From NCBI GenBank assembly GCA_963663805.2, contig CAXXMR010000013.1:256001-320000 (forward strand): a stretch of 64,000 nucleotides of DNA, given 5' to 3'. The stretch is from Sedimentisphaerales bacterium (GTDB lineage Bacteria > Planctomycetota > Phycisphaerae > Sedimentisphaerales > SM23-30). The notes below the pieces were generated by a model that had not been told where the DNA came from, searched no databases, and saw nothing but the letters and a program-made list of their open reading frames with translations. Each line of letters opens with the position of its first letter. Position 1 is the stretch's first letter. This document shows positions 20,765 through 31,047 of the stretch, one piece after another. The translations under genes and the position numbers were made by a program.

Positions 20765-22789
20765 TCATATTTCCAAATTTAATTCGCGGACGTTGTATTT
20801 CGCCGCTGCCGCCGTCACAAACTCACTTGCCTGCATGGTCCGCTGTTCTTTACTGCCGCGGACACGTACTGTTACGGTGTTTTCTTCCTGTTCCTTCTGG
20901 CCCACTATCAGCATATACGGCAGCCGCATAACGTGGGCCCTCTTTATCTTGGCCGAGATTTTATCATCAGCGTCGTCCAGTGTACAGCGTAATCCTGCCG
21001 CCTGCAAGCGTTTCAGGACACTTTCTCCGTATTCATTCATTTTTTCGCTGATGGGCATGACCCGGACCTGCTCCGGGGCCAGCCAAAGCGGGAATGCGCC
21101 CGCGAAATGCTCGATAAGCACACCCACAAATCGTTCCATCGAACCGAACGGAGCCCGGTGCAGCATGACTGGCCGATGCGGGGTATTGTCAGCTCCAATA
21201 TACGTTAAGTCAAAGCGTTCCGGGAGGTTATAGTCAACCTGGATGGTTCCCAACTGCCATTCCCGGCCCAGAACATCCTTGACCACAAAGTCAATCTTGG
21301 GACCGTAGAAGGCCGCTTCACCGATTTCTTCGGTGAAGGGCACGCCCAGAGACGCCGCGCCTTCGCGGCAGGCCTGCTCAGCTTTTTTCCAGTTTTCCGG
21401 GTCGCCCACGTATTTATCACTTTCCGGGTCGGAAAGGCTTACACGAACCGTGAAATCGTTCATGCCCAGAGTTTCAAAGACGGTCTGGACCAGCTCCAGG
21501 CAGCCTTTAAGTTCATCAGCCAACTGGTCTTCGGTGCAGAACAAGTGAGCATCGTCCTGGGTAAAGCCCCGCACACGGGTCATGCCGCTAAGTTCGCCGG
21601 ACTGCTCCCAGCGGTATACCGTACCAAACTCCGCCAACCTTATCGGCAGGTCGCGATAGCTGTAACGTTCGCTGGCAAATATCTTTATGTGATGTGGGCA
21701 GTTCATCGGCTTGAGCAGATAGCCGTCAATTTCGCCTTCCTGCATCCTGCCCGCCAGTTCGGCACAACTGCATCCTTCCTCGGCCAGCAGGCCCATTTGG
21801 TCGCTGTCAATCAGCGGGGGGTACTGGCTGTCCTGATAGTAGGGGAAGTGGCCGGAAGTTTTGTAGAGGCCCAGCCTGCCGATATGAGGCGTAAATACCT
21901 GTGAATAGCCCTGTTTACGCAGTTCAATAGAAATGAAATCCTGTAATTCCTGACGGACGACCGAGCCGTTGGGTTTCCAGAGTATGAGCCCCTGGCCTAC
22001 CGTCTCGTCGATGGCGAACAGTTCCAGTTGCTTACCTAAGACCCTGTGGTCACGCTTCTTAGCTTCTTCGAGCTGGGTCAGATACTGGTTGAGTTCCTTC
22101 TTGTCGGCAAAAGCGGTGGCGTAGACACGCTGGAGCATTTTCTCTTTGGCATCGCCGTGGAAGTAGGCACCGGCGACGCTCATGATTTTGAACGCACCAA
22201 TTTTGCCGGTAGCGGGAATATGGGGTCCGAGGCATAAATCCTCAAAAGCGGAACCATTAGTTCCTGTCATATAAAAACTTAGGGTGTCGCCGGAGGCTCG
22301 CTGGGCGTTTTCGGTCTTATAGCGATTACCTTCAGCCTGAAGCTTTTTCATCGCTTCAGCCCGCGGCATATCAATGCGGGTGAAAGGCTGATTGTCCTTG
22401 ACGATGTTGGCCATCTCGGCTTCGATTTTTTCAAAATCATCCGAGGAGATAGGCTCGTCCAGGTCGATGTCATAGTAGAACCCATTCTCAACCGTCGGAC
22501 CGTAAACCAGCTTGGCAGCAGGATATAGGCGACAGATGGCCTCAGCCATGACGTGGGCACAGCTATGTCGCATGAGGTCGAGAGCGGTTTCGGGGTCGCT
22601 TTTGAAGGTGATGATTTCGATGGGGGTGTCTTTGTCGATGGTCGTGGTTACGTCTACCAGTTTGCCGTTAATACGGCCTGCGAGGGCGTCTTTGGCCAGG
22701 CGGGGGCTGATGTCGGCGGCAATGTCGCAGACCGAGAGCGGTCCTTCGAATTCCCGCACACTGTTGTCTGGTAAGGTGATTTTGACCAT
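20765..22789 (-). CDS. thrS: Threonine-tRNA ligase
   Basis: RHSCAHVMA, DLCLGPH, RDHRVLG, KPMNCPHH, RVRGFTQDDAH, AAFYGPKID, HRAPFGSMERF. Confidence 0.98.
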   Translation of the reverse strand: MVKITLPDNSVREFEGPLSVCDIAADISPRLAKDALAGRINGKLVDVTTTIDKDTPIEIITFKSDPETALDLMRHSCAHVMAEAICRLYPAAKLVYGPTVENGFYYDIDLDEPISSDDFEKIEAEMANIVKDNQPFTRIDMPRAEAMKKLQAEGNRYKTENAQRASGDTLSFYMTGTNGSAFEDLCLGPHIPATGKIGAFKIMSVAGAYFHGDAKEKMLQRVYATAFADKKELNQYLTQLEEAKKRDHRVLGKQLELFAIDETVGQGLILWKPNGSVVRQELQDFISIELRKQGYSQVFTPHIGRLGLYKTSGHFPYYQDSQYPPLIDSDQMGLLAEEGCSCAELAGRMQEGEIDGYLLKPMNCPHHIKIFASERYSYRDLPIRLAEFGTVYRWEQSGELSGMTRVRGFTQDDAHLFCTEDQLADELKGCLELVQTVFETLGMNDFTVRVSLSDPESDKYVGDPENWKKAEQACREGAASLGVPFTEEIGEAAFYGPKIDFVVKDVLGREWQLGTIQVDYNLPERFDLTYIGADNTPHRPVMLHRAPFGSMERFVGVLIEHFAGAFPLWLAPEQVRVMPISEKMNEYGESVLKRLQAAGLRCTLDDADDKISAKIKRAHVMRLPYMLIVGQKEQEENTVTVRVRGSKEQRTMQASEFVTAAAAKYNVRELNLEI

Positions 22790-22920
22790 TCTTATTTCCT
22801 GCTAAGTCTCGGTTTTATAACCGTTTATAAAAGAAAAACGACCCGTTTCTGTCTGTAAACACGAAAGAAATCAGCTTGCCGGCAGGTTTTTAGTGGTCCG
22901 CCGTAAGCTCGAGCATTTAG

Positions 22921-22947
22921 TTATGCTGTCGTCGTTCGTGTAAACAT
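22921..22947 (-). promoter_or_regulatory. Putative Thr-rich leader peptide MFTRTTTA upstream of thrS
   Basis: Minus strand ATG TTT ACA CGA ACG ACG ACA GCA TAA: 4 Thr codons in 8, ending 131 nt before the thrS start. Confidence 0.65.
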
Positions 22948-23061
22948 TTGCAAAAACCGTGTCGCCTAAAAAACACAACTACTTATTTAATATAATGTTA
23001 AGAGATCTTCGGCGGGGTTGGCACCCATCATCGCCGGACCTGCCGATACTCAAACCTATAT

Positions 23062-23089
23062 ACTATATCGACAAATACTTATTTGTCAA
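23062..23089 (-). promoter_or_regulatory. Sigma-70-type promoter for the thrS leader, overlapping a palindrome
   Basis: Minus strand TTGACA-N16-TATAGT; GACAAATA-CT-TATTTGTC dyad at 23070-23087. Confidence 0.55.
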
Positions 23090-23266
23090 TAAGAAAGAAG
23101 GGATGAGGCATGAGGCATGAATGAACGGCGTGGTGCCTGCCTTTGGCAGGAGGTGTTTTTATCGATTGGTCCCATTACCTCTTGGCTTTGGTTTTTAATA
23201 TGGTGGTTGGTGGTTGTATCCGGTCGCTTACGCGGCTCGGCTTCTGTTGGGGGTGGGGGATTGGTT

Positions 23267-24604
23267 TTATTTTAGTTTGGGCAGGTATTTGCCGTGGGCT
23301 TTTATCATTTCGTCGCACATTTTTCGGATGTCTTCGATGTTGAGTTCGGCGGCGGTGTGGGGGTCGAGCAGGGCGGCTTGATATAGGGCATCTTTGCTGT
23401 TGTTGAAATACGCTTCGAGTGTCAAGAGTTGTACGTTGATGTTTGTGCGGTTGAGGGCGGCGCATTGTTCGGGCAGGTCGCCGACTACGGTGGGGCGAAT
23501 ACCGTTACGCTGAGCGAAGCAGGGTACTTCGACGATAGCTTTGCGGGGCAGGTTGGTGATATAGCCGTCGTTGACGACGTTGCCGCCGAACTGGAAGGGG
23601 TTGTCGGTTACGAATCCTTTGATAATGCGTGAGCAGTATTCGTGGGAGAGTTTGTGCTTGAGTTTCTTGTTGTCGATTAGCTCTTTTTTCGTGTCTTTCC
23701 AGATTTTGATGATTTCGACGCAGCGGCGGGGATATTCATCGAGGGGGATGTTCCACTTTTCAATCATTTCAGGGTAATTGTGTTTGATCCAGAGCGGGCT
23801 GTACTCGGCGTTGTGTTCGCTGGACTCGGTGATGTAATGGCCGAAGTTGCGCATCATTTCGAGGCGAATCATATCGCCGTGTTTTTGAGCACCCTTTTTC
23901 ATCGCGTCGCGGTTCAGTTTGGCAGCGCGTTTTTTGATTTCCGGGTAGAGGTCTTTGCCGTCCTCGGAGATTTCCAGCAGCCAGGCCATGTGGTTGATAC
24001 CGGCAATCAGTGATTTTAGATTACGTCCCTCGTGAGGCATGTCGAGCAGTTTGAATAAACTGGGGACACAATGCTGTACTGAGTGGCAAAGTCCGATGGT
24101 CTGGATATTTGAGCCGCGATTCAATGCCCCGGTAATCATGGCCATGGGATTGACGTAATTCAGGAACCAGGCGCTGGGGCAGACTTTTTCCATCTCGGCG
24201 GTGAAGTCGAGTACAACGGGGATGGTGCGCAGGGCCCGGAAGATTCCGCCGATGCCGAGGGTGTCGGCGATTGTCTGGCGCAGGCCGTACTTTTTGGGGA
24301 TTTCAAAATCTATTACCGTGCTGGGTTGGTAGCCGCCGACCTGGACCATGTTGACGACGAAATCGGCATCTTTCAGAGCGGCTTTACGCTGGGCGGGTCC
24401 GAGGTGGGCGGTGACTTTGGCTCGGTCCTTGTTGAGGTTGTGGTTGAGCGATTTGACCATTTTGCGGGCGCCGCTGAGCCGGTCTTTATCTATATCATAT
24501 AAACTTATATGGCATTGGCGAAGTTCCGGCGTGAGGAAAATATCGCCGACGATGTTTTTGGTGAAAACTACGCTGCCTGCCCCCATTAAAGTAACTTTGA
24601 GCAT
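23267..24604 (-). CDS. GH4 family NAD-dependent alpha-galactosidase/alpha-glucosidase
   Basis: MGAGSVVF, QTIADTLGIGGIFR, NYVNPM, GLCHSVQ, AGINHM, TESSEHNAEY. Confidence 0.92.
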   Translation of the reverse strand: MLKVTLMGAGSVVFTKNIVGDIFLTPELRQCHISLYDIDKDRLSGARKMVKSLNHNLNKDRAKVTAHLGPAQRKAALKDADFVVNMVQVGGYQPSTVIDFEIPKKYGLRQTIADTLGIGGIFRALRTIPVVLDFTAEMEKVCPSAWFLNYVNPMAMITGALNRGSNIQTIGLCHSVQHCVPSLFKLLDMPHEGRNLKSLIAGINHMAWLLEISEDGKDLYPEIKKRAAKLNRDAMKKGAQKHGDMIRLEMMRNFGHYITESSEHNAEYSPLWIKHNYPEMIEKWNIPLDEYPRRCVEIIKIWKDTKKELIDNKKLKHKLSHEYCSRIIKGFVTDNPFQFGGNVVNDGYITNLPRKAIVEVPCFAQRNGIRPTVVGDLPEQCAALNRTNINVQLLTLEAYFNNSKDALYQAALLDPHTAAELNIEDIRKMCDEMIKAHGKYLPKLK

Positions 24605-24721
24605 TTTTTTTGGCCCTTTGGTATGAAATTCAATTTACGTCCATTGCAATAATTGATATAATAGCACTCCGTGGCAGGTGTGTAAACGATAGTTTGGTGA
24701 TAAAATCTGGCAAATTGTGAT

Positions 24722-25578
24722 ATGTTAGATTGGTGGATAACATTTAAAGTTCCGCATTCGCGGTATTTTGCCCAGTTTCGGACGATGGCCCGGCAGAGTG
24801 TTTCGAGTGCTGATTATAATTATCGGGGTTCGGACCGGTCCGATAAGCCGCATATCGTTTTTCAGTATACTCTTTCGGGGGTGAGGGTTATTTTCAGCGT
24901 TTGGATGAGGTTTATCGGGTTGGCCCGGAGACGGGTTTTATCTGTAATGTGCGTGACGAGGAGATTGGTTATTTTCATTCGGCGGATTCGGCTGAGCCGT
25001 GGGAGTTTGTGTTTTTCTCGTTTACGGGTCAGGCGGCGTTTGATTGCGCGGCGGGACTTATCGAAAAACATGGGCATATTCTCAGGCTGGCGGGGTCTAA
25101 TGTTCTGCTCAACGAGCTTTTGACTTTGAGCAGTGACGGGTCGCGGACAATAGAGATGTCAACGGCGGAAAACAGTATGCTGGCTTTTCGGCTTTTTACG
25201 GGTCTGGAACAGGCCCAGAAGCGGCGTATTGTGATGACCAGCAGTGATTTGCTGGTGGAGAAGGCCCGGTCGATTATTACGACTGGTATCGACCGGAATA
25301 TCAATGCCACTGAGGTTGCCCAGCAGTTGGGGGTTTCGCGGGAGCATTTGAGCCGGGTTTTTGGCCAGGGCTGTCATGTGAGTTTGTATAAATATATTAC
25401 CGAGCAGAAAATGGATCGGGCCCGGCGGCTGCTGATGACGACCTCGCTTTCGATTAACGAAATCACCGGGCGACTGGGATTTAATTCCGGGCCGGAGTTC
25501 ACCCGTTTTTTTAAAAAGAACGCGGGGATTTCACCTACGAGTTTTCGCAAGGATATTTATACTTCGCTGTTTGGCTGA
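24722..25578 (+). CDS. AraC family regulator; one frameshift in the G run near 24877-24882
   Basis: N-terminal cupin-like part (HIVFQYTLSG) in ORF 24722 continues in ORF 24901, which ends with SREHLSRVF and LGFNSGPEFTRFFKKNAGISPTSFR; divergent from the GH4 gene. Confidence 0.8.
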
Positions 25579-25700
25579 TTTTGACGTGAGGCATGAGGCA
25601 AAAGTGAACTGTGTCCGGTCCTGATATAAGTTGACAGTTTCGGCCTTTGGTTGATAGTTTTTAACGTCAACGGCTTGGTGCTGCCTGCGCGGAGTTGTTA

Positions 25701-26966
25701 TTATTGACTGGGACTAACCTCTGGCTGTTTTGGTTTTTGGATGACAGGAAAAACAACAGAAAATATCGTCCCTTTGCCGGGAATGCTTTTGACTAGAATA
25801 TTACCGTTGTGATTTTTTATTATATTGTAAGCTATCGTCAAACCAAGTCCGGTACCGCTGCCAATCTCTCTGGTTGTAAAAAAGGGATCAAAGATTTTAT
25901 TAAGGTGCTCGGCTTTAATTCCTTCCCCGGTGTCGCTGATTTGGATGTAAATGTTATCATCGTTATAAAAGCTGTGTAGTTTTATGGTGCCTTTTCCCTT
26001 TATGGCCTGGCATGCATTTATCAGCAAATTTACTATTACCTGATTAATTTGTTGAGGATAACATGTAATTTTGGGCAGAGGAGACAATTCTTTCTTAACA
26101 CAGATATCATCACCAAAATCATTATTAACGATAGTCAATAAGCTCTCTATTTCTGAATTAATATCAACATTGGCACATTCAGTTTCATTCATATCAGAAA
26201 ATGATTGTAATGACTGAACAATTTTTGAAATACGACGGACACCTTCGATTGAATCGTCAATAGTGTTTTGCATATCATCTAATACATAATCAAGTGATAT
26301 TTCATCTTGTATCTGGTTAATGTCATTGCAGGTTTTATGAAAATTTGAGGATTCATCGCCCCGCAACGACTCTACTAATTCGGTATATTTTCCAAGTAAT
26401 GCCAAGATATCATGTAAATACTGAGACAATGTGTGAAGATTGGTTTCGATAAATGTTGTAGGATTATTTATCTCATGAGCTATCCCTGATGCCAGTTGAC
26501 CAATAGATGCCATTTTTTCTGACTGAATTAATCGAGACTGAAGCCGATTGAGATCTTCATAGGCTTTTTTGAGGTTTTTTTCTGCAGTTTTTTGCTTGGT
26601 GATATCTTCGACAATTTCAATAAAGCCTTTAATTTCGCCGTCATGATTGTAAATAGGGAAAGCCCTGTTCCAGACGTAAAAACCACTACCATCATCACGA
26701 ACACCTTGAGTTACTACTTCAAATGTATCTCCGCTGGCAAGGGCTTTTGAACCGGGGCAGTGTGGGCATATTTCATCGCGTTTCTCAAACTCATCAAAGC
26801 AAAATTTGCCTACAAATTCATTTACGGGTTTATTAAACATTTTACTGAATGTTTTATTTACTTCAAGAATCCGATGATTGGTATCCATAACGGCAACCCC
26901 TAGCAGGGTATTGTCCATTAAGGCTCGGTATCGGTCTTGGGTTTCTATAAGAAGTTCTTGATTCAT
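25701..26966 (-). CDS. PAS-domain sensor histidine kinase (NtrB-like)
   Basis: EKMASIGQLASGIAHEINNP H-box, NLLINA, DTGEGI, FDPFFTT, GTGLGL. Confidence 0.92.
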   Translation of the reverse strand: MNQELLIETQDRYRALMDNTLLGVAVMDTNHRILEVNKTFSKMFNKPVNEFVGKFCFDEFEKRDEICPHCPGSKALASGDTFEVVTQGVRDDGSGFYVWNRAFPIYNHDGEIKGFIEIVEDITKQKTAEKNLKKAYEDLNRLQSRLIQSEKMASIGQLASGIAHEINNPTTFIETNLHTLSQYLHDILALLGKYTELVESLRGDESSNFHKTCNDINQIQDEISLDYVLDDMQNTIDDSIEGVRRISKIVQSLQSFSDMNETECANVDINSEIESLLTIVNNDFGDDICVKKELSPLPKITCYPQQINQVIVNLLINACQAIKGKGTIKLHSFYNDDNIYIQISDTGEGIKAEHLNKIFDPFFTTREIGSGTGLGLTIAYNIIKNHNGNILVKSIPGKGTIFSVVFPVIQKPKQPEVSPSQ

Positions 26967-27272
26967 AGCTTATACCATTTCTGCCATTGTACTTATCTGC
27001 GTATAAACAATATCGGATTTATAGTAATTAACATAGTAGCCAATTAATGGGGTTGAACGTGTATTTGGGAAATACGAGACTTAATGTGTTTTTATATATA
27101 TAGTTATAACACTCATATGTAGGGGCAAATAAAAGATTCCCTTTCGGTAATCAATGTTTTGTCCGATAACCGAACCCTGCGAGGAATTCCAGACCGGGTT
27201 CGACCGCTTGGACGGGGCGGTTTTTGTTGGTGGTCGTAAATGGCACCAGGGTAACGGCGGGGGTGCCGTGGT

Positions 27273-29444
27273 TTATAATTGGCCGGTGACTGCCTTGGCG
27301 ATGTCGTTCCAGGTTATATAAAGGAACAGCGAAAGAAGCAAAGCCAGACCTATGTAAGAGGAAACTTCCTGAACCTTGACTGAGACTGGCGAGCCTTTGA
27401 TTTTTTCGATGATAAGAAAGAGCATATGGCCGCCGTCAACTACGGGGATGGGCAGAAAATTAAATACCGCGATTATGGCACTGAGCATAGCGAGGAAATG
27501 GAGATACTCAATTATGGAACGCTCCTGGATGATTCGATAGCTCAGACGCAGGATGCCGACCGGTCCCTGGGCCGCAGAGGTCGAGACGGTGCCGTTGACC
27601 ATGCCTTTTATAGTGAAGTATGTCTGGCTGATGAACAGACCGGTGGTGCTCAGACCCATGCCCAGAGACTGGGCCAAAGATTTGCCTTTGAAAAGCTCTG
27701 AATATGGTTCGAGCATGATGGGCAGCACACGCAGAGTTTTGTCGGTGGGGCGGAAAGCAAGTTTGGTCCATGAGGAATTATTAGGGACGGTCGCGGCGAC
27801 TTTTTCGGTTTGGTCGCTGTCGGGGGCCTGGTAGGAAATTTCGATATCTTTGCCCTGAGCGTCCATCAGAGCCAGGGTGATTTCCTGGAAGGTGCGGACT
27901 TCTTCGCCGTTGACGGCGGTGATTCTGCTGCCTCTGGGGATGGGCAGGGCTTCTTTCTTGTTTTCGAGGGCAACGGTGTTGAGGATGATATTGGAGTCCA
28001 GGTCGCGGGTGGGGAAAAAGCCGATGATGGCGCGACGCTGTTCAAAGCCCAGCAGGGCTTTCCACCACGTTCCGCTCAGGCAGGGAGTGAGGGCCAGGTC
28101 TTTTTCCATAACCTTGCCTTCTTCGCGGCGTTGGACGGTTACGATAATTTCCTTGTTGACGCTCTCTTCAAAGAGTCTGGTCATCTCGGTATAGGTTGGG
28201 TTTTTCTGGCTGCCGATACGGGTGATTACATCGTCAGTTTGCAGGCCGGCTTTTTCAGCGGGGCTGTTTGGGGAAACGGTGCTGATTTTGAGACGCGGCA
28301 CCAGCCCCAGTACGCTGCATTTCTGCGGGTCGATAGGTGAGTCGGTAACGCGCAGGGCGAGCGGGACTTCGATGGTTTTGATTTCTTCACTGTTGGCGGA
28401 TTTGAAGGTGATGTTGGGATTGAGGCTGGGTAGAGTTCCGGGCCAGGGGTAGAGTTCTTTGCGGAGCTGGGAGTAGTGTTCGATAGGTTGACCGTTGACA
28501 GCGACGACGGTGTCCTGCGGATTGAGACCTGCTTTTTGGAGGGCTTCCAGGGAGGCTTTGTCGTCGGGGCTGAATTTACCGATTGTCAGTGAGGTCGGAG
28601 GTTCGATGCCGAACATACGTACACCGGTGGTGTTGGTTTCGGAGGGGCGGGGCTCCATGGCGATGTCTTCTATGGAACCGTCGGGGTGTTCAACTGTAAA
28701 AGTGACCTGCTGACCCTTGTCCGCGAAGGCGCCTGCCATAATGATGTGCATGAAGCTGAGGTTGTTATCTTTGCCGTCGATAGCCAGGATACGGTCGCCG
28801 CCTTGCAGTCCTGCCTGACTGGCGGGCATACCTTCGATTACGTCGCCGATCATGGCCGGGGGCTGCTCAATGCCGACGCTGAAGACAATTACGAAAACGA
28901 TGGCCGCACTGATGATGTTCATAATGACGCCGGCGGAGATGACCAGGCTGCGTTGGCCGACTTTCTTGTTATTGTAGGCACGCGGGTCGTCGGTGACTTC
29001 GTCGGCGCCCATGTCTTCCTGGCCGAGCATTTTTACGAATCCGCCTAGCGGTATGAGGCGAATCTGATATTCTGTTTCACCTTCCTTGCCGGCGGGGTTG
29101 CCCAGAGGAATTTTGAAGGTTAGGGCTGCTTCGCCGTCGGGTTTTTGCAGGATGGTCGGCAAGATTCGTACGAGCATGCCGCCGGGTACTTTTCGAAAGC
29201 CCAGGAATATCGGGCCAAAACCGATGGCGAACGCTTCGACGAGGATGCCCACGGATTTGGCGGCCAGGAAGTGGCCTAGTTCATGAACGAATATTACCGC
29301 GCCGAACCCGGCGAGTATGGCCAGGATGCGGACGAAGCGGGCCGGGTCCTGGTAGACAAACCAGGCTGCCAGGATGGCGATTGCCAGGATGATTATGGGT
29401 GAGGATTTCTGGTTCTGATTCTTGGCGGAGGCCTTATCGGTCAT
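27273..29444 (-). CDS. rseP: RseP-like site-2 metalloprotease with multiple PDZ domains
   Basis: HELGH zinc motif, IPLGGFVKM, AGVIMN, FNFLPIPVVDGGH; follows dxr. Confidence 0.9.
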   Translation of the reverse strand: MTDKASAKNQNQKSSPIIILAIAILAAWFVYQDPARFVRILAILAGFGAVIFVHELGHFLAAKSVGILVEAFAIGFGPIFLGFRKVPGGMLVRILPTILQKPDGEAALTFKIPLGNPAGKEGETEYQIRLIPLGGFVKMLGQEDMGADEVTDDPRAYNNKKVGQRSLVISAGVIMNIISAAIVFVIVFSVGIEQPPAMIGDVIEGMPASQAGLQGGDRILAIDGKDNNLSFMHIIMAGAFADKGQQVTFTVEHPDGSIEDIAMEPRPSETNTTGVRMFGIEPPTSLTIGKFSPDDKASLEALQKAGLNPQDTVVAVNGQPIEHYSQLRKELYPWPGTLPSLNPNITFKSANSEEIKTIEVPLALRVTDSPIDPQKCSVLGLVPRLKISTVSPNSPAEKAGLQTDDVITRIGSQKNPTYTEMTRLFEESVNKEIIVTVQRREEGKVMEKDLALTPCLSGTWWKALLGFEQRRAIIGFFPTRDLDSNIILNTVALENKKEALPIPRGSRITAVNGEEVRTFQEITLALMDAQGKDIEISYQAPDSDQTEKVAATVPNNSSWTKLAFRPTDKTLRVLPIMLEPYSELFKGKSLAQSLGMGLSTTGLFISQTYFTIKGMVNGTVSTSAAQGPVGILRLSYRIIQERSIIEYLHFLAMLSAIIAVFNFLPIPVVDGGHMLFLIIEKIKGSPVSVKVQEVSSYIGLALLLSLFLYITWNDIAKAVTGQL

Positions 29445-29668
29445 GATTTTCCTTTAAGTCGCAAATCATCGTATTTTTCAACCAAAAACACAAATTTTTG
29501 GATAAAAACACGATTTTTTTCAAATTTTTTTCAAAAAAACAATCTCTTTGGGCGTAAATGCGCACACATTATAATGCTGCTAAGATAATCGGCTATTTCG
29601 CCAGCATATGTTTGTTGTATTAATATAGTTAATTCTGATCATGTTTTTGATACGCAAAAGGTCGATTT

Positions 29669-30832
29669 TTATCCCCTGATATGCTCATTTACATATTCGC
29701 GGGCCCAGTTATCGGCCTTTAGCAATTCATCTAAGTCTGGGTGGGCTAACCAGTTGTGTTCATCTAGGGATTTTTCAGTTAGTTCAGCGATTTCGGTTAA
29801 TTTTATTTGTCTGGCCAGGAATGCCTCGACGGCAGCTTCGTTGGCGGCGTTGAGGACGGCCCCTGCGGTTCCGCCGCGTTGGGCGACCTCAAAGCCCAGT
29901 CTCAGTGCTGGAAAACGCTTTAGGTCGGGTTTTTCAAAGTTCAGTGAGGTCAGCTGCTGAAGGTTGAGGCGGCGGTTGGGGCATTTGAGTCGCTTGGGGT
30001 AGGTCAGGGCGTATTGAATGGGCAGTCTCATGTCGGGGCTGGAAAGCTGGGCGATGACTGAACCGTCGCAAAACTCTACCAGAGAATGAATTATGGATTC
30101 CGGGTGGATTAGGACTTCGATAGCTTGGGCCGGGACGTCGAAGAGCCAGCGGGCTTCGATGATTTCGAGGGCCTTGTTCATGGTGGTGGCCGAATCAATG
30201 GTGATTTTTTGGCCCATGTCCCAGGTGGGATGGGCCAGGGCCTGTTCGACCGTAGCGTCGGCCATTTCCAAGAGGCTGGAACGACGGAAGGGACCGCCGG
30301 AGCAGGTGACGATGATTTTTTCGACCTCGTCGGGGCTGCCGCTGTGCATGGCCTGCAAGATGGCGGAATGTTCCGAATCGATAGGTAAAATCTTTGCCCC
30401 ACTGCGTTTAGCCAAGGGCATGAGTACGCAGCCAGCGACGACCAGTGACTCTTTATTGGCCAGGGCGATGGTCTTGCCCGCTTTGGTGGCGGCTTGTACG
30501 GCTTCGAGTGCATCCACTCCGACTACCGAAACGATGGTTGTGTCGCAATTCACATCGGTCGCGAGTTCACAGAGATGTTCTTTGCCAGCCAAGACCGTTG
30601 TGCGGGTGTCGGCGAGTGCTTCCTTGAGGGGTTTGTAGCAGGCGGTGTCGGTTATAACTACCTTTTCCAGGCTGTACTTACGGGCCTGCTGAGCCAGGGT
30701 TTTCCAGTTGGAGTGGGCGCTGGCGGATACAAATTCGTATTCCGGGCCCAGCGATTCGAGGACTTCTACGCTGTTAAGGCCGATGGAGCCGGTTGAGCCC
30801 AGGATGGAGATTCTTCTTTTATTTTCTGCCAT
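29669..30832 (-). CDS. dxr: 1-deoxy-D-xylulose-5-phosphate reductoisomerase
   Basis: ILGSTGSIG, LANKESLV, PIDSEHSA, HPTWDMGQKITIDSA, NAANE. Confidence 0.97.
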   Translation of the reverse strand: MAENKRRISILGSTGSIGLNSVEVLESLGPEYEFVSASAHSNWKTLAQQARKYSLEKVVITDTACYKPLKEALADTRTTVLAGKEHLCELATDVNCDTTIVSVVGVDALEAVQAATKAGKTIALANKESLVVAGCVLMPLAKRSGAKILPIDSEHSAILQAMHSGSPDEVEKIIVTCSGGPFRRSSLLEMADATVEQALAHPTWDMGQKITIDSATTMNKALEIIEARWLFDVPAQAIEVLIHPESIIHSLVEFCDGSVIAQLSSPDMRLPIQYALTYPKRLKCPNRRLNLQQLTSLNFEKPDLKRFPALRLGFEVAQRGGTAGAVLNAANEAAVEAFLARQIKLTEIAELTEKSLDEHNWLAHPDLDELLKADNWAREYVNEHIRG

Positions 30833-31047
30833 TCTTGCATTTTAGTCGCAAAAACCCCGTCTGAAAAGTCTCAACTATCGCCTATTTTGACATTTGGGTG
30901 TTTTTAGGGAAGAATTGCGGTATGATTTTGGGTTGCCTGGCCTCTCTATAATGACAGGGCTGATGATATGTGTAGTGGTATAATTACCTGGCCGATAATA
31001 TAGTACGAGATAGTAATTAAGATTGATTTGCTGGTGGGGGCTGAAAG

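Noticed and set aside
22790..23060. T-box riboswitch upstream of thrS
   Set aside because: No GGTGGnACC T-box sequence or specifier stem recognised; the leader-peptide model fits better
24722..25578. Phase-variable AraC regulator via the G run
   Set aside because: The run is short and the window has many similar indels; cannot be separated from error
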